This document shows, in pieces, positions 1-11,500 of a DNA stretch of 64,000 bases. The notes beneath the pieces were generated by a model. The model was not told the origin of the DNA and did not search any database. It saw nothing but the letters and a program-made list of their open reading frames with translations. The stretch is from Synechococcus sp. (GTDB lineage Bacteria > Cyanobacteriota > Cyanobacteriia > PCC-6307 > Cyanobiaceae), in contig JBJBEO010000001.1 in assembly GCA_047284725.1 (NCBI GenBank), positions 2,488,203 to 2,552,202 of the forward strand, given 5' to 3'. Each line of letters opens with the position of its first letter. The first letter of the stretch is position 1. A program made the translations under genes and the position numbers.

Positions 1-640
1 TGGGACCATCACCATCGACCCATCCGCCATCCCAGGGGGGCTCTTCCAACCAACCTTCCAGGCGCTCTCCAGCCCGATCCCCCATCTGCTGGATCTGATC
101 GCGCCATCCCCGGGAACGACGCAGCAAGTCCTGGCGAACACTGGCGCGCGCCAGCGGCAGATCGTCGAGGGACGACAAAGCCGTGCTCACCAAACCAGGC
201 TGCTGATCAACGATTCGATCCGGGGTGAGGCGCCAGCGGCTACTACCGGGCAAGCGAGGGTCGCTGCGTGACACCAGGTAATGAAGGATGGCACCGGTGG
301 CTGGAACAAAGGCGAGATCAGCGATCTGGCCCAGTCGCTCACCATGGCGATCCACCAGGTCGGCCTCCATCAGGGTGGGCAAGCGATCGAGGGTGAGTGC
401 ATCGGCTGCAGCCGGCGGACCTTTGGCAAACACCTCCTGATCCGACAGGCCGCGCCATTGATCCAAGCGCCACACATCCCTGCTGTTTCGTAAGGCCGAG
501 GGACGACTGACCCAGCCCAGCAGACGGTGAACAGGAGGATGCATCCAGGCCATCACCCCAGGGCCATGGTCGAGTCCCTGATCGCAACGCACATGGTGGT
601 GCAGCAGATCACTGAGCAGGATCTGATCCGGAAGCGCCAC
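1..640 (-). CDS. Conserved cyanobacterial PRC-barrel-like protein downstream of dnaN (3' end outside window)
   Basis: Hand translation from GTG at 640: MALPDQILLSDLLHHHVRCDQGLDHGPGVMAWMHPPVHRLLGWVSRPS; this gene typically follows dnaN in picocyanobacteria. Not in the ORF track because it is truncated. Confidence 0.75.
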   Translation of the reverse strand, partial: MALPDQILLSDLLHHHVRCDQGLDHGPGVMAWMHPPVHRLLGWVSRPSALRNSRDVWRLDQWRGLSDQEVFAKGPPAAADALTLDRLPTLMEADLVDRHGERLGQIADLAFVPATGAILHYLVSRSDPRLPGSSRWRLTPDRIVDQQPGLVSTALSSLDDLPLARASVRQDLLRRSRGWRDQIQQMGDRAGERLEGWLEEPPWDGGWVDGDGP

Positions 641-661
641 GGTGTTCGTCGTTGAGGGGAA

Positions 662-1837
662 TCAGTTGCGAATCTGAACGGGCATCACCAGATAGGTGAA
701 CCCAGTGCGATCATCCGCCGGCGTGATGATCGCCGGTGTGGTGGGAGCATTGCACCGCAGAGCGATTCGCTCTCCCTCCATGGCCTTCAATCCATCGAGG
801 ACGTAACGCACATTGAAAGCGATCTGCACAGCATCACCATTGAGGCTGGCCGGCAATGATTCCGATCCGCTTCCCACATCCTGAGCATCAGCGCTGATCT
901 GCAACAGTCCTGCTGTGGGATCAGTGCTGATCCTCACCACATTGTTGTGCTGATCCGCCAGGACCGCCACCCGCTCAAGGGCCGCCATGAAGGGCCGACG
1001 CTCCAGCTCAATCGTGCGTGAGAAGCCATCGGGAATGAGCTGTCGGTAATTGGGGTACGTGCCCTCCAAGGTCCGGCTGGTGACCATCTGATCAGCGGCG
1101 AGCACCACCACCTGGCCCCGGTCATAAAAAAGGGTGACGGGATCGTCCCCTTTCCAACCGGCAATCAGACGTTCGACCTCCCGCAACGAACGGGCTGGCA
1201 AGGTCACGGCCAAAACCCCGTCATCCTGAGCCATCGATTCACCGGCAGCAGCAGTGGTGGGATCGTCTTTCAACGCATCGGTGACCGCCAACACCGCCAG
1301 GCGGTGACCATCGGTGGAGGCCGCTTCGAGATTGCGCCCCTGAAAGCGAAGATGAACGCCTGTCAACAGCTGCTTGGCCTCATCGCCACTGCTGGCGAAT
1401 AACGTGCCGCGCAGAGCTTGAACCAGGGCCGTCGCATCCACCCGCAGAGCAGCACCGTTCTCCACCAAGGGAAGGTCTGGAAATTCATCAGCAGGCATCG
1501 CCCGCATCTGGTAGCTGCCGCTGAGGCTGGTGAGATCAACCTGTTCTCCGGCTTCATCCGTGGCCAGGGTGATCGGTGAATCCGCCGACAGGCGAGAGAC
1601 AATCTCGCCCAGCAACCGTGCAGGGAGCGTCACGGCACCACTGGCTTCAACCGATGCAGCCAAGGAGGTCTGGATGCCGAGGTTGAGATCAAATCCGGTG
1701 AGGCTGAGGCGACCGGTGCCGGCATCGGCCGTCAGCAGCACATTGGCCAGCACGGGATGGGTCGGGCGGGATGCCACCGCTCGGCTGACGAGCTGCAGGG
1801 CTGCGTTCAGCTCCGACTGGGAACAGACCAGTTTCAT
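662..1837 (-). CDS. dnaN: DNA polymerase III beta sliding clamp
   Basis: MKLVCSQSELNAALQLVSRAV..., STDGHRLA, YPNYRQLIP, C-terminal YLVMPVQIR; start moved to ATG at 1837. Confidence 0.97.
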   Translation of the reverse strand: MKLVCSQSELNAALQLVSRAVASRPTHPVLANVLLTADAGTGRLSLTGFDLNLGIQTSLAASVEASGAVTLPARLLGEIVSRLSADSPITLATDEAGEQVDLTSLSGSYQMRAMPADEFPDLPLVENGAALRVDATALVQALRGTLFASSGDEAKQLLTGVHLRFQGRNLEAASTDGHRLAVLAVTDALKDDPTTAAAGESMAQDDGVLAVTLPARSLREVERLIAGWKGDDPVTLFYDRGQVVVLAADQMVTSRTLEGTYPNYRQLIPDGFSRTIELERRPFMAALERVAVLADQHNNVVRISTDPTAGLLQISADAQDVGSGSESLPASLNGDAVQIAFNVRYVLDGLKAMEGERIALRCNAPTTPAIITPADDRTGFTYLVMPVQIRN

Positions 1838-2298
1838 GGGGTCAACGTGCCGACCATGGGTCCTGAAGGCTCCCCACGGTTTCACAGGCTGGGGAGATGT
1901 GCAACGACCCAAGTCCGTTCCAGGCTCGGATCCGTCTAACGGGTTTGATGTTTTTTAAAACCAAACAAAACAGTCGTAGTCGGTGCTGGGGAAACCGTGG
2001 AAATCAACGCCAACCCCAGCACTGACACCAGGACTGACTTTCACAGGGTTGGGGATTGTCGTCTTGTCGATGCGGAGAAATGTTCTGATTTCACAGCTTC
2101 CACAGCCTGGGGGAAACTTTGCCCATGGTTGGCGGTGGGGTTGGCGGACGTTTTCCACCATCTGTTCCCCCTGTTGTACGAGGTCTTCCGCAGGCACTTT
2201 GTCGGCTGGATGGCGGATGGAGGTTTGATTCAGGGGGTGTTGCGCCAAGAAAAAACCCCCGCTGAGCGGAGGTGGTCAACGCGCACCAGCAAGCGGTG
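1838..2298. other. Putative chromosomal origin of replication (oriC)
   Basis: dnaN-thrC intergenic region with several degenerate TTTTCCACA-type DnaA boxes (e.g. ttttccacc 2151-2159, gcttccaca ~2096-2104, cgtggaaat ~1996-2004) and an AT-rich tract at ~1944-1970; oriC predictions in many cyanobacteria lie upstream of dnaN. Confidence 0.65.
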
Positions 2299-3405
<1,107 letters not shown>

Positions 3406-3439
3406 CGGCGAATGGCAAAGGACCGGTGGAATCTAGGTC

Positions 3440-4036
3440 TCAGGGCTGGGCGTCCTTCAGACCGTCGAGGGGCGACTCCGAAAAGAACTGCACCAGGCCG
3501 GAAATCGACTGGGCTTTGTCCACCACAGCCATCAGTGCGGGAATGTTCACTTCCATCACGTCTGCCGGATAGGCCTGCAGGAATTTGATGGCGGTGAGGC
3601 CCCCGTCATCGATCTGAAGCCCATTGATCACTCCGGCTCGGATGGCTGGAACGCTCACATCAGGTGAGGGAACCATCAAGGGATAGATGATGCGAGCGAC
3701 GCGGCGGATGATCACATCGCCGATGCGGGTTGACATCAAACGACTGGTGAGCACCAGCGGCAGCTTCAGTTCCTGGTTGAGCAGTTTCGCCACATTGGCA
3801 GGATCCTGATTGCTGAACCGCAGCAGATCCACCATCAGGCCGCGTGGTTTGCCGGTTTCGGCGAGGTAGGCGAGATCGTCAACGGACAAGGAGCGCCGGA
3901 AGGCTCCACTCACAAGGGCCACATCCTTGGCGGCTTGAGCGGGACGACTGCTCACCACTCCCAGTCCAGTGATGGCCATGCCCATCCCGGCGGCCATGGC
4001 CAGCAAGCGGAGCCGGCGACCTTTCGAACGGATCAC
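3440..4036 (-). CDS. DUF1400-type alpha/beta hydrolase-associated protein with signal peptide
   Basis: Signal peptide ending AQA, RSLSVDDLAYLAETG, IKFLQAYP motifs. Confidence 0.75.
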   Translation of the reverse strand: MIRSKGRRLRLLAMAAGMGMAITGLGVVSSRPAQAAKDVALVSGAFRRSLSVDDLAYLAETGKPRGLMVDLLRFSNQDPANVAKLLNQELKLPLVLTSRLMSTRIGDVIIRRVARIIYPLMVPSPDVSVPAIRAGVINGLQIDDGGLTAIKFLQAYPADVMEVNIPALMAVVDKAQSISGLVQFFSESPLDGLKDAQP

Positions 4037-4071
4037 TGCAGACAGCCCCGATACTGTGTTGTCAACGGAAT

Positions 4072-5958
4072 TTAGGCAGGGATTCCGGCTGCCACCTTCA
4101 CCAGGCGGACAACTCCTCGTTCGGCCAGGCCCTTCGCCACCTGGGCACCCATGCGTCGGGCCGTCGGCTCCTGGATGAGACGAGGCAGACGTTTGAGCAC
4201 CAGATCAGGGCTGAACCCTGGCAGTTGCTGCAGCACCGCCAAGAGCTGCCGGATCGGTTCCAGATCGAGCATGCTGTCCTGTTGATAGGCCAACGGATCG
4301 GCATTGGTGATCAAGGCTGGTTGCAGTGCCCGGGGCAGCTGACGACCAAGGCGTTGCACGGTGAGCCACCCCAGAGCATCCACTCGATCCACGACCGCCT
4401 CCACCAGTTGGCCGCGCAGCATGCCTCCGTTGGCTGAAAACAGGAAGTTGAGAACCTGGTCGAGCAGGGTGTCGAGATCCAGTTCAGCTTGGCTGGCGGC
4501 GCTGGCGACCAGGTTTTCAAGTCGTGTCCAGCGGAATGCCTCTCCTTCGAACAGCATTTCCTTGAGGCTTTCGCGCAATTGCGGATCGGGATCCTCCATC
4601 AAGCGCTGGGCGAAATAGGGATAGGCGGCTCCCAGGATCTTGAAATCGGGATCCACGCTCAAGGCGATGCCTTCCAGCGTCACCAGTGAGCGAATGATCA
4701 GGGCGTAATAGGGCGGCACGCGGAAGGGAAATTTGTACATCACCCCCGACATATCGTCGGTGACGCTTTTGAAATCCATGCGGTTGACCCCCATCTCGAG
4801 GGCCTGACTGAACACGGATTCGAAGGCCGGCACAATCGGCGCGAGATCGACATCCTCGGCCAGGAAGCCGAGGGTGACGAAATCTTTGGAGAGCTTGCCG
4901 AAGTTGCGGTTGACCAGATGCACCACCGCTTGGATGAGACCTGTGCGGGATTCCCTGCTCACCTCGCTCATCATGCCGAAATCGAGGTAGCAGAGTCGTC
5001 CGTCCTCCAGGGCCAGCAGGTTGCCGGGATGGGGATCGGCATGGAAGAAACCGTGTTCGAGCAGCTGTTGCAGGCTGCAACTCACGCCCACTTCCACCAT
5101 GTCGTCGGGATCGATGCCCATCGCCCGAACCGCCTCGAGATTGGTGAGCTTGACCCCGTTGATCCATTCCATGGTCAGCACACGCCGGCTGGTGGCTTCT
5201 CGGTAGATGGCAGGAACGGCGATGCGGGGGTTGTGGCGGTGGAGGTCGCGAAAGGTTTCGGCGTTGCTGGCCTCGTTGAGATAGTCCATCTCCTCGAAGA
5301 CGCGGCTGCCCAGCTCATCAATCAGGGCCACCAGATCGCTGCGGATCAGGCCGATGTTGCTGTTGAGCCATGCGGCGATGTTGCGCACGATGTAGAGGTC
5401 GAGCGTGATCTGCTCGCGCAGGCCGGGCCTCTGCACCTTCACGGCCACGGCTTGCCCGCCTTTGAGGACTCCCCGGTGCACCTGTCCAAGGGAGGCTGCG
5501 GAGATCGGTTCGCGATCGAGGCTTTCGTAGATCTCGTCCACGGGGGCGCCGAGGTCGTCTTCGATGCACGCCATCGCCAGGGTGCTGTCGAATCCGGGCA
5601 GTTGATCCTGCAATTGCGAGAGTTCTTCCAGCAGCACCGGCGGCACGATGTCGGGCCGGGTCGACAGGGCTTGTCCCGCTTTGATGAAGGCGGGACCCAG
5701 ATCAACGAGAAGTTCTGCGCATTCGCGGGCTCGACTCCGGGCTCGATCCGGATTGTTCAACAGGCCCAGTAACCAGTCGACGGCGAGCCCGATCAGCAGG
5801 AGCCCTATCGGCACCAGGGTCTGCCATAGCCGCCGCAACAGGCGTTGCGGGTGGCCTGCGTAGATGCGAGTGATGGCAGCCGGGTCGTAGCTGAGCAGAC
5901 CAGAGGCTTCGATGAAATCACCCAGTTCCTGTTCGATCACTGCCGTGCTGCCAATCAC
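4072..5958 (-). CDS. ABC1/AarF/UbiB family atypical kinase
   Basis: LGPAFIKAGQALSTRPD, AASLGQVH, VAVKVQRP, FFHADPHPGN, DFGM. Confidence 0.93.
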   Translation of the reverse strand: MIGSTAVIEQELGDFIEASGLLSYDPAAITRIYAGHPQRLLRRLWQTLVPIGLLLIGLAVDWLLGLLNNPDRARSRARECAELLVDLGPAFIKAGQALSTRPDIVPPVLLEELSQLQDQLPGFDSTLAMACIEDDLGAPVDEIYESLDREPISAASLGQVHRGVLKGGQAVAVKVQRPGLREQITLDLYIVRNIAAWLNSNIGLIRSDLVALIDELGSRVFEEMDYLNEASNAETFRDLHRHNPRIAVPAIYREATSRRVLTMEWINGVKLTNLEAVRAMGIDPDDMVEVGVSCSLQQLLEHGFFHADPHPGNLLALEDGRLCYLDFGMMSEVSRESRTGLIQAVVHLVNRNFGKLSKDFVTLGFLAEDVDLAPIVPAFESVFSQALEMGVNRMDFKSVTDDMSGVMYKFPFRVPPYYALIIRSLVTLEGIALSVDPDFKILGAAYPYFAQRLMEDPDPQLRESLKEMLFEGEAFRWTRLENLVASAASQAELDLDTLLDQVLNFLFSANGGMLRGQLVEAVVDRVDALGWLTVQRLGRQLPRALQPALITNADPLAYQQDSMLDLEPIRQLLAVLQQLPGFSPDLVLKRLPRLIQEPTARRMGAQVAKGLAERGVVRLVKVAAGIPA

Positions 5959-6014
5959 CCCCTTCTAAACGAGCTGTGCAGCCGCTACGGTCACCTTGAT
6001 CACCGGGTGCTGCC

Positions 6015-7718
6015 GTGCTGTCCGGTCTGCAACTTCACAACATCGCTCTGATCGACAGCCTGGAGCTGGATTTTCAGCCTGGCTTCACGGTGCTCACCGG
6101 TGAAACAGGCGCTGGCAAATCACTTCTGCTGGATGCGCTGGATGCCGTGCTTGGTGGCTTGCAGGGCATGGCGGCGACGCGTCTGGTGCGGTCGGCTGAG
6201 TCTCGGGCCGGCATCGAAGCTCGCTTCTCTCCCACTGCATCGGTCGTCGCCTGGTTGCGTCAGCACGATCTCAGCTGTGGTTTGGATGATGAGGATGCTG
6301 ATGACTTGGTGGTGAGTCGGGAATGGCGTCGCCAAGAGGATCGTCTTTCCAGTCGGTTTCGCATCAACGGCATTGCCGTCAACCGTCAGCAGGTGCTGGC
6401 CTTGCGACCGTTGCTGATCGACCTCACCGTTCAGGGCCAGACCCAGCAGCTGGCACGCCCTGGTCAGCAACGACGCTGGCTGGATCATCTGGGGGGGGCA
6501 TCCCTCGAGGCAGCCCTGGTGCAGGTGCGCACCTGCTGGTTGCAATGGCGTGAGGCGGCTTCGCTCCTGCTGCAGGCCCAGCATCAGGCGGATCAGCTCC
6601 AGGAGCAACTGGAGGAACGGCAGGCTTTGCTGGCGGAGCTGGATGCCGCTGCTCTGGATGACCCCGATGAACTGCGTTTGCTGACGGCGGAGCAAGACCG
6701 TCTCGTGCATGGGGTCCGTCTGCAGGAGGGTCTGGCTCAGTTGATCGGTCGTCTTCAGGACGGTGCGGACCAGGCTCCTTCAGCGATTGATCACCTCTTG
6801 GCCTGTTGCCATGAGCTGCAGCACATGCAGCAGCTGGACGGGTCCCTTCAACCTCTGAATGACCGCTGTCTCGACCTGGAGGCTGGTCTACGAGACCTGA
6901 TCCGAGACCTGGAGGTGTACGGCGCAAGCCTTGAGAGCGATCCCGCTCGTTTGAGTGAACTGCAAGACAGACTGGCTTTGCTCAAGCGCCTTGAACGTCG
7001 CCATGGCCAGGATCTGGCCGCTCTATGCGATCTGCGGGATCAGTTGCATGAGCAGATGGTGGAGGGCGGGGCTGCTGAGGCTCTGGAGCAGTTGACCGCT
7101 GCTGAGGCCGAGGCTTGTGGTGCCCGTGACCAGGCCAATCAGACCCTGACCGCAGTGCGCGAGCAGGTGGCCCATCAGTTGGAGCAGACCCTGCTCGATC
7201 ATCTGCGTCCGATGGGGTTGGCCAATGTTCGGTTTCAGGTGGCGATCACCCCCTGTGATCCCAGTGATCATGGAGCTGATGCGGTCAGTTTTCTTTTTTC
7301 CGCCAACCCAGGCCAGCCGCTGGCTCCCCTTGCGGAGGTGGCCTCCGGGGGTGAGATGTCGCGGTTTTTGCTGGCGTTGAAGACCTGTCTGGCCGGCGTG
7401 GATGGATCGAGCTCACTGCTTTTTGATGAAATCGACTCCGGCGTCAGTGGGCGGGTCAGCGGAGCCATGGCCGATCTGCTGCGCACCATGGCTCGTCAAC
7501 GTCAGGTGTTTTGCGTCACGCACCAGCCGCTGGTGGCGGCCGCTGCCGATCATCATTTCCGAGTGAGCAAGACCGTGGTGGACGGGCAGACCCGCTCGCG
7601 AGTGTCCCAGCTGCGGGACACTCAGGCCCGCGAGCAGGAGTTGGCCGAACTCGCAGGGGGAGCGTTGGGTGAAGCCCGTGCTTATGCCGCCAGTCTTCTT
7701 GATCAACGTGTGGCTTGA
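6015..7718 (+). CDS. recN: DNA repair protein RecN
   Basis: Walker A GETGAGKS, coiled coil, SGGEMSR signature, FDEID, VTHQP. Confidence 0.95.
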   Translation: MLSGLQLHNIALIDSLELDFQPGFTVLTGETGAGKSLLLDALDAVLGGLQGMAATRLVRSAESRAGIEARFSPTASVVAWLRQHDLSCGLDDEDADDLVVSREWRRQEDRLSSRFRINGIAVNRQQVLALRPLLIDLTVQGQTQQLARPGQQRRWLDHLGGASLEAALVQVRTCWLQWREAASLLLQAQHQADQLQEQLEERQALLAELDAAALDDPDELRLLTAEQDRLVHGVRLQEGLAQLIGRLQDGADQAPSAIDHLLACCHELQHMQQLDGSLQPLNDRCLDLEAGLRDLIRDLEVYGASLESDPARLSELQDRLALLKRLERRHGQDLAALCDLRDQLHEQMVEGGAAEALEQLTAAEAEACGARDQANQTLTAVREQVAHQLEQTLLDHLRPMGLANVRFQVAITPCDPSDHGADAVSFLFSANPGQPLAPLAEVASGGEMSRFLLALKTCLAGVDGSSSLLFDEIDSGVSGRVSGAMADLLRTMARQRQVFCVTHQPLVAAAADHHFRVSKTVVDGQTRSRVSQLRDTQAREQELAELAGGALGEARAYAASLLDQRVA

Positions 7719-7769
7719 ACGGTTAGGGGCTTTCTCTCCGTAGACTTTCTCGCTGCTGATCTGCGTTGC

Positions 7770-10748
7770 ATGCGTCCTGCCGCCGCCAAGACGAAGGACG
7801 TGTCCCGTCAGGAGCCTGTCAACCTCAGCGGTGGCTCTCTGGAGGACGTGATCCGTGTGCGCGGCGCTCGCCAGCACAACCTCAAGAATGTTGATGTCAC
7901 CATCCCCCGCAACAAGATGGTGGTGTTCACGGGGGTGAGCGGCAGCGGTAAGAGCTCCCTGGCCTTCGACACAATTTTTGCCGAGGGTCAACGTCGTTAC
8001 GTCGAAAGCCTGTCGGCTTACGCCCGTCAGTTCCTTGGCCAGGTGGATAAGCCTGACGTGGATGCCATCGAGGGGCTGTCACCGGCGATTTCGATCGATC
8101 AGAAATCCACCAGCCACAACCCCCGTTCCACGGTGGGCACGGTCACCGAAATCCAGGACTACTTACGCCTTCTCTTTGGCCGTGCTGGTGAGCCCCACTG
8201 CCCTCAGTGCGACCGGGCCATCCGGCCTCAGACCATTGATGAAATGGTCGATCAGATTCTCACGTTGCCTGAGGGCACCCGTTATCAGCTGCTTGCTCCT
8301 GTGGTGCGGGGCAAGAAGGGCACCCATGCCAAATTGATCAGTGGTCTGGCGGCTGAGGGCTTTGCCCGCGTGCGGGTGAACGGTGAAGTGCGCGAGCTCG
8401 CCGACAACATTGAGCTGGATAAGAACCACCTCCACAACATTGAAGTTGTGGTGGATCGTCTGGTGGCACGCGAGGGGATTCAGGAGCGCCTCACCGATTC
8501 GTTGCGCACTGCCCTCAAGCGCGGTGATGGGCTGGCGATTGTGGAGGTTGTGCCCAAAAAAGAGGAGCAGTTGCCCGAGGGATTGGATCGGGAGCGCTTG
8601 TATTCCGAGAACTTCGCCTGCCCGGAACATGGGTCGGTGATTGAGGAACTGTCACCGCGTTTGTTTTCGTTCAACAGCCCTTACGGAGCCTGTGACGATT
8701 GCCACGGCATTGGCCATCTACGCAAGTTCACCGCTGAGAGGGCTGTCCCCGATCCTTCCCTGCCGGTGTACGCCGCAGTGGCTCCCTGGGCGGAGAAAGA
8801 TAATTCCTACTACTTCTCGTTGCTGTATTCAGTCGGGGAAGCCTTCGGTTTTGAGATCAAAACGCCTTGGCAGGATCTCACCGATGAACAGAAAGACATC
8901 CTCCTCAATGGCAGCCGTGAGCCGATCCTGATCCAGGCCGACAGCCGCTACCGAAAAAGCGCCGGTTACACCCGTCCTTTCGAGGGCATTCTTCCCATCC
9001 TGCAGCGGCAGTTGCGGGATGCCAGTGGGGAGGCCATGCGCCAGAAGCTGGAGAAATATCTCGAGTTAGTGCCCTGTGCCAGCTGTGCTGGGCAACGACT
9101 GCGAGCTGAGGCTCTGGCTGTGCGGATCGGTCCGTTCCGGATCACGGAGCTCACAGCGGTGAGTGTGGGGCAGACCCTGGAGCGCATCGAACAGTTGATG
9201 GGCGTAGGGGCATCAGAAGGGTGTGAACCGTTGCTCACCCCCCGTCAGATTCAGATCGGGGACCTGGTGCTGCGGGAGATTCGCATGCGTCTGCGTTTCC
9301 TCCTCGACGTTGGCCTTGATTACCTCAGCCTTGATCGTCCGGCGATGACGCTGTCGGGCGGTGAAGCTCAGCGCATTCGCCTTGCCACGCAGATCGGTGC
9401 CGGTCTCACAGGTGTTCTCTATGTGTTGGATGAACCGAGCATCGGCTTGCATCAGCGCGATAACGACCGCCTGTTGGCCACGCTCGAGCGCCTCCGCGAT
9501 CTCGGCAACACCCTGGTGGTGGTGGAGCACGATGAAGACACCATTCGGGCAGCCGATCATCTGGTTGATATCGGCCCCGGCGCGGGTGTCCACGGAGGTC
9601 ACATCGTTGCGGAGGGCGACCTCAACACCTTGTTGAACGCAGAAGCGTCGCTGACGGGTGCTTATCTCAGCGGTCGGCGCTCGATTCCAACGCCACCGGA
9701 ACGACGCAGCGCCGGCAGTCGCAGCATCAAGTTGCTCAACTGCTCTCGCAACAACCTCTGCGACGTGAGTGTGGAGTTTCCCCTCGGACGCTTGGTGTCG
9801 GTCACCGGCGTGAGCGGCAGTGGCAAGAGCACGTTGGTGAATGAACTGCTCCATCCCGCTCTCGAGAATGGATTGGGTCACAAAGTGCCGTTCCCTGCTG
9901 GCCTTGGCGAGCTGCGTGGCCTCAAGTCAATCGACAAGGTGATCGTGATCGATCAGTCACCGATTGGTCGCACACCCCGATCCAATCCGGCCACCTACAC
10001 CGGTGCCTTCGATCCGATCCGTCAGGTGTTTGCCGCCACTGTGGAGGCGAAGGCCCGTGGTTATCAGGTGGGTCAGTTCAGCTTCAACGTCAAAGGGGGG
10101 CGCTGCGAGGCTTGCCGCGGTCAGGGTGTGAACGTGATCGAGATGAATTTCCTCCCCGACGTCTACGTGCAGTGCGACGTCTGTAAGGGAGCTCGTTTCA
10201 ATCGTGAGACCTTGCAGGTGACCTACAAGGGCCACACCATCGCCGATGTGCTCGAGATGACGGTGGAGCAGGCGGCAGATGTGTTCTCAGCCATTCCCCA
10301 GGCAGCCGATCGCTTACGCACGCTGGTGGATGTAGGCCTTGGCTACGTCAAGCTTGGCCAGCCAGCCCCCACGTTGTCGGGTGGCGAAGCGCAACGGGTG
10401 AAGCTGGCTACAGAACTTTCGCGCCGGGCAACGGGCAAGACGCTCTATCTGATCGATGAGCCCACCACTGGCTTGAGCTTTTATGACGTGCACAAGTTGA
10501 TGGATGTGATGCAGCGGTTGGTGGATAAGGGCAATTCGATCATCTGCATCGAGCACAACCTGGATGTGATTCGCTGTTCAGACTGGTTGATCGACCTGGG
10601 TCCGGAGGGAGGCGATAAGGGCGGAGAGATTGTGGTCTGCGGGACTCCGGAAGACGTGGCTCAGCATCCCACCAGCCATACCGGTCGCTACTTGGCCAAG
10701 GTGCTGGAGCAGCATCCACCTGAGGCTCTGGAGGCTGCTGCTGCGTAA
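7770..10748 (+). CDS. uvrA: Excinuclease ABC subunit A
   Basis: Two GVSGSGKS Walker A motifs, two LSGGEAQR signatures, Zn fingers. Confidence 0.98.
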   Translation: MRPAAAKTKDVSRQEPVNLSGGSLEDVIRVRGARQHNLKNVDVTIPRNKMVVFTGVSGSGKSSLAFDTIFAEGQRRYVESLSAYARQFLGQVDKPDVDAIEGLSPAISIDQKSTSHNPRSTVGTVTEIQDYLRLLFGRAGEPHCPQCDRAIRPQTIDEMVDQILTLPEGTRYQLLAPVVRGKKGTHAKLISGLAAEGFARVRVNGEVRELADNIELDKNHLHNIEVVVDRLVAREGIQERLTDSLRTALKRGDGLAIVEVVPKKEEQLPEGLDRERLYSENFACPEHGSVIEELSPRLFSFNSPYGACDDCHGIGHLRKFTAERAVPDPSLPVYAAVAPWAEKDNSYYFSLLYSVGEAFGFEIKTPWQDLTDEQKDILLNGSREPILIQADSRYRKSAGYTRPFEGILPILQRQLRDASGEAMRQKLEKYLELVPCASCAGQRLRAEALAVRIGPFRITELTAVSVGQTLERIEQLMGVGASEGCEPLLTPRQIQIGDLVLREIRMRLRFLLDVGLDYLSLDRPAMTLSGGEAQRIRLATQIGAGLTGVLYVLDEPSIGLHQRDNDRLLATLERLRDLGNTLVVVEHDEDTIRAADHLVDIGPGAGVHGGHIVAEGDLNTLLNAEASLTGAYLSGRRSIPTPPERRSAGSRSIKLLNCSRNNLCDVSVEFPLGRLVSVTGVSGSGKSTLVNELLHPALENGLGHKVPFPAGLGELRGLKSIDKVIVIDQSPIGRTPRSNPATYTGAFDPIRQVFAATVEAKARGYQVGQFSFNVKGGRCEACRGQGVNVIEMNFLPDVYVQCDVCKGARFNRETLQVTYKGHTIADVLEMTVEQAADVFSAIPQAADRLRTLVDVGLGYVKLGQPAPTLSGGEAQRVKLATELSRRATGKTLYLIDEPTTGLSFYDVHKLMDVMQRLVDKGNSIICIEHNLDVIRCSDWLIDLGPEGGDKGGEIVVCGTPEDVAQHPTSHTGRYLAKVLEQHPPEALEAAAA

Positions 10749-10896
10749 CAGGGCAGGGGCTTTTCAGGGGATCTGAGGGCTTAGGGAGAAGGGCTGGGCG
10801 TCAGGGATTGCTTGGATGTGATCTCTTGTGCCATCGCCTGCCTTTCCGTATTCGGTTTGAGTGGGCGAGAAAACCGGGGATAGGCATTGAGATCAT

Positions 10897-11279
10897 TCAT
10901 TCCTGACTTTTTCTTTGTCCTCGTCTCGGATGAATGGAATGTCGATTGGCAATGTAATGGCCGACTGTGGCGAATCCGCTTGCTCCAAGCCCTGTTAAGA
11001 CGGCTTCGGACCAAGCTTCACCAAAGTGTGATGGGTGAACCAAGTAATCGACCACTGCAGTGATCACTGCCAGTAAAACAATTGTTTTCCAGAATCGATT
11101 GACTCTTAAAATCTTTTTGGCGCAATGTACGTAGCGATGACGCCAAGGCTTACTTTGAGGGCTGTGAATGCATGGTCTCCGGTGATTTTTGAAACGTCAC
11201 CTTGAATCATGAACAGCATGCAAGATAGCCAGACTTCTCCTGTTCTTTCAATGAATTCAGGTAGCTCTAGGTCCTTCAA
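10897..11279 (-). pseudogene. Small multi-TM membrane protein gene split by a 1-nt frameshift
   Basis: 11279-11106: LKDLELPEFIERTGEVWLSCMLFMIQGDVSKITGDHAFTALKVSLGVIATYIAPKRF*; the -1 frame continues KKILRVNRFWKTIVLLAVITAVVDYLVHPSHFGEAWSEAVLTGLGASGFATVGH...* (stop 10897). Confidence 0.55.
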
Positions 11280-11500
11280 GTCAGCGACCAGTGATTGTTG
11301 GAATCATAGCCAATGGTTACTGTTTGACCACCTTGGTCTGCTTCAGCGACTGCTCAATGATCTTTGAGATTTTTAGCGGTCTTGGCTGTGTTGTGATCTC
11401 TACTCTGATCGGAAAATAAGTTTTACAAGACTGCCAGTTTCCAGGCAGGATGCACCCCTAACGGATGCTTCTCTGTCATTCAAGTATTAATATTGGCTGA

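Noticed and set aside
11105..11123. Programmed -1 frameshift joining the two halves of the small membrane gene
   Set aside because: The zero frame reads CCA-AAA-AGA, not the canonical A-AAA-AAG heptamer; a simple deletion or sequencing error is more parsimonious
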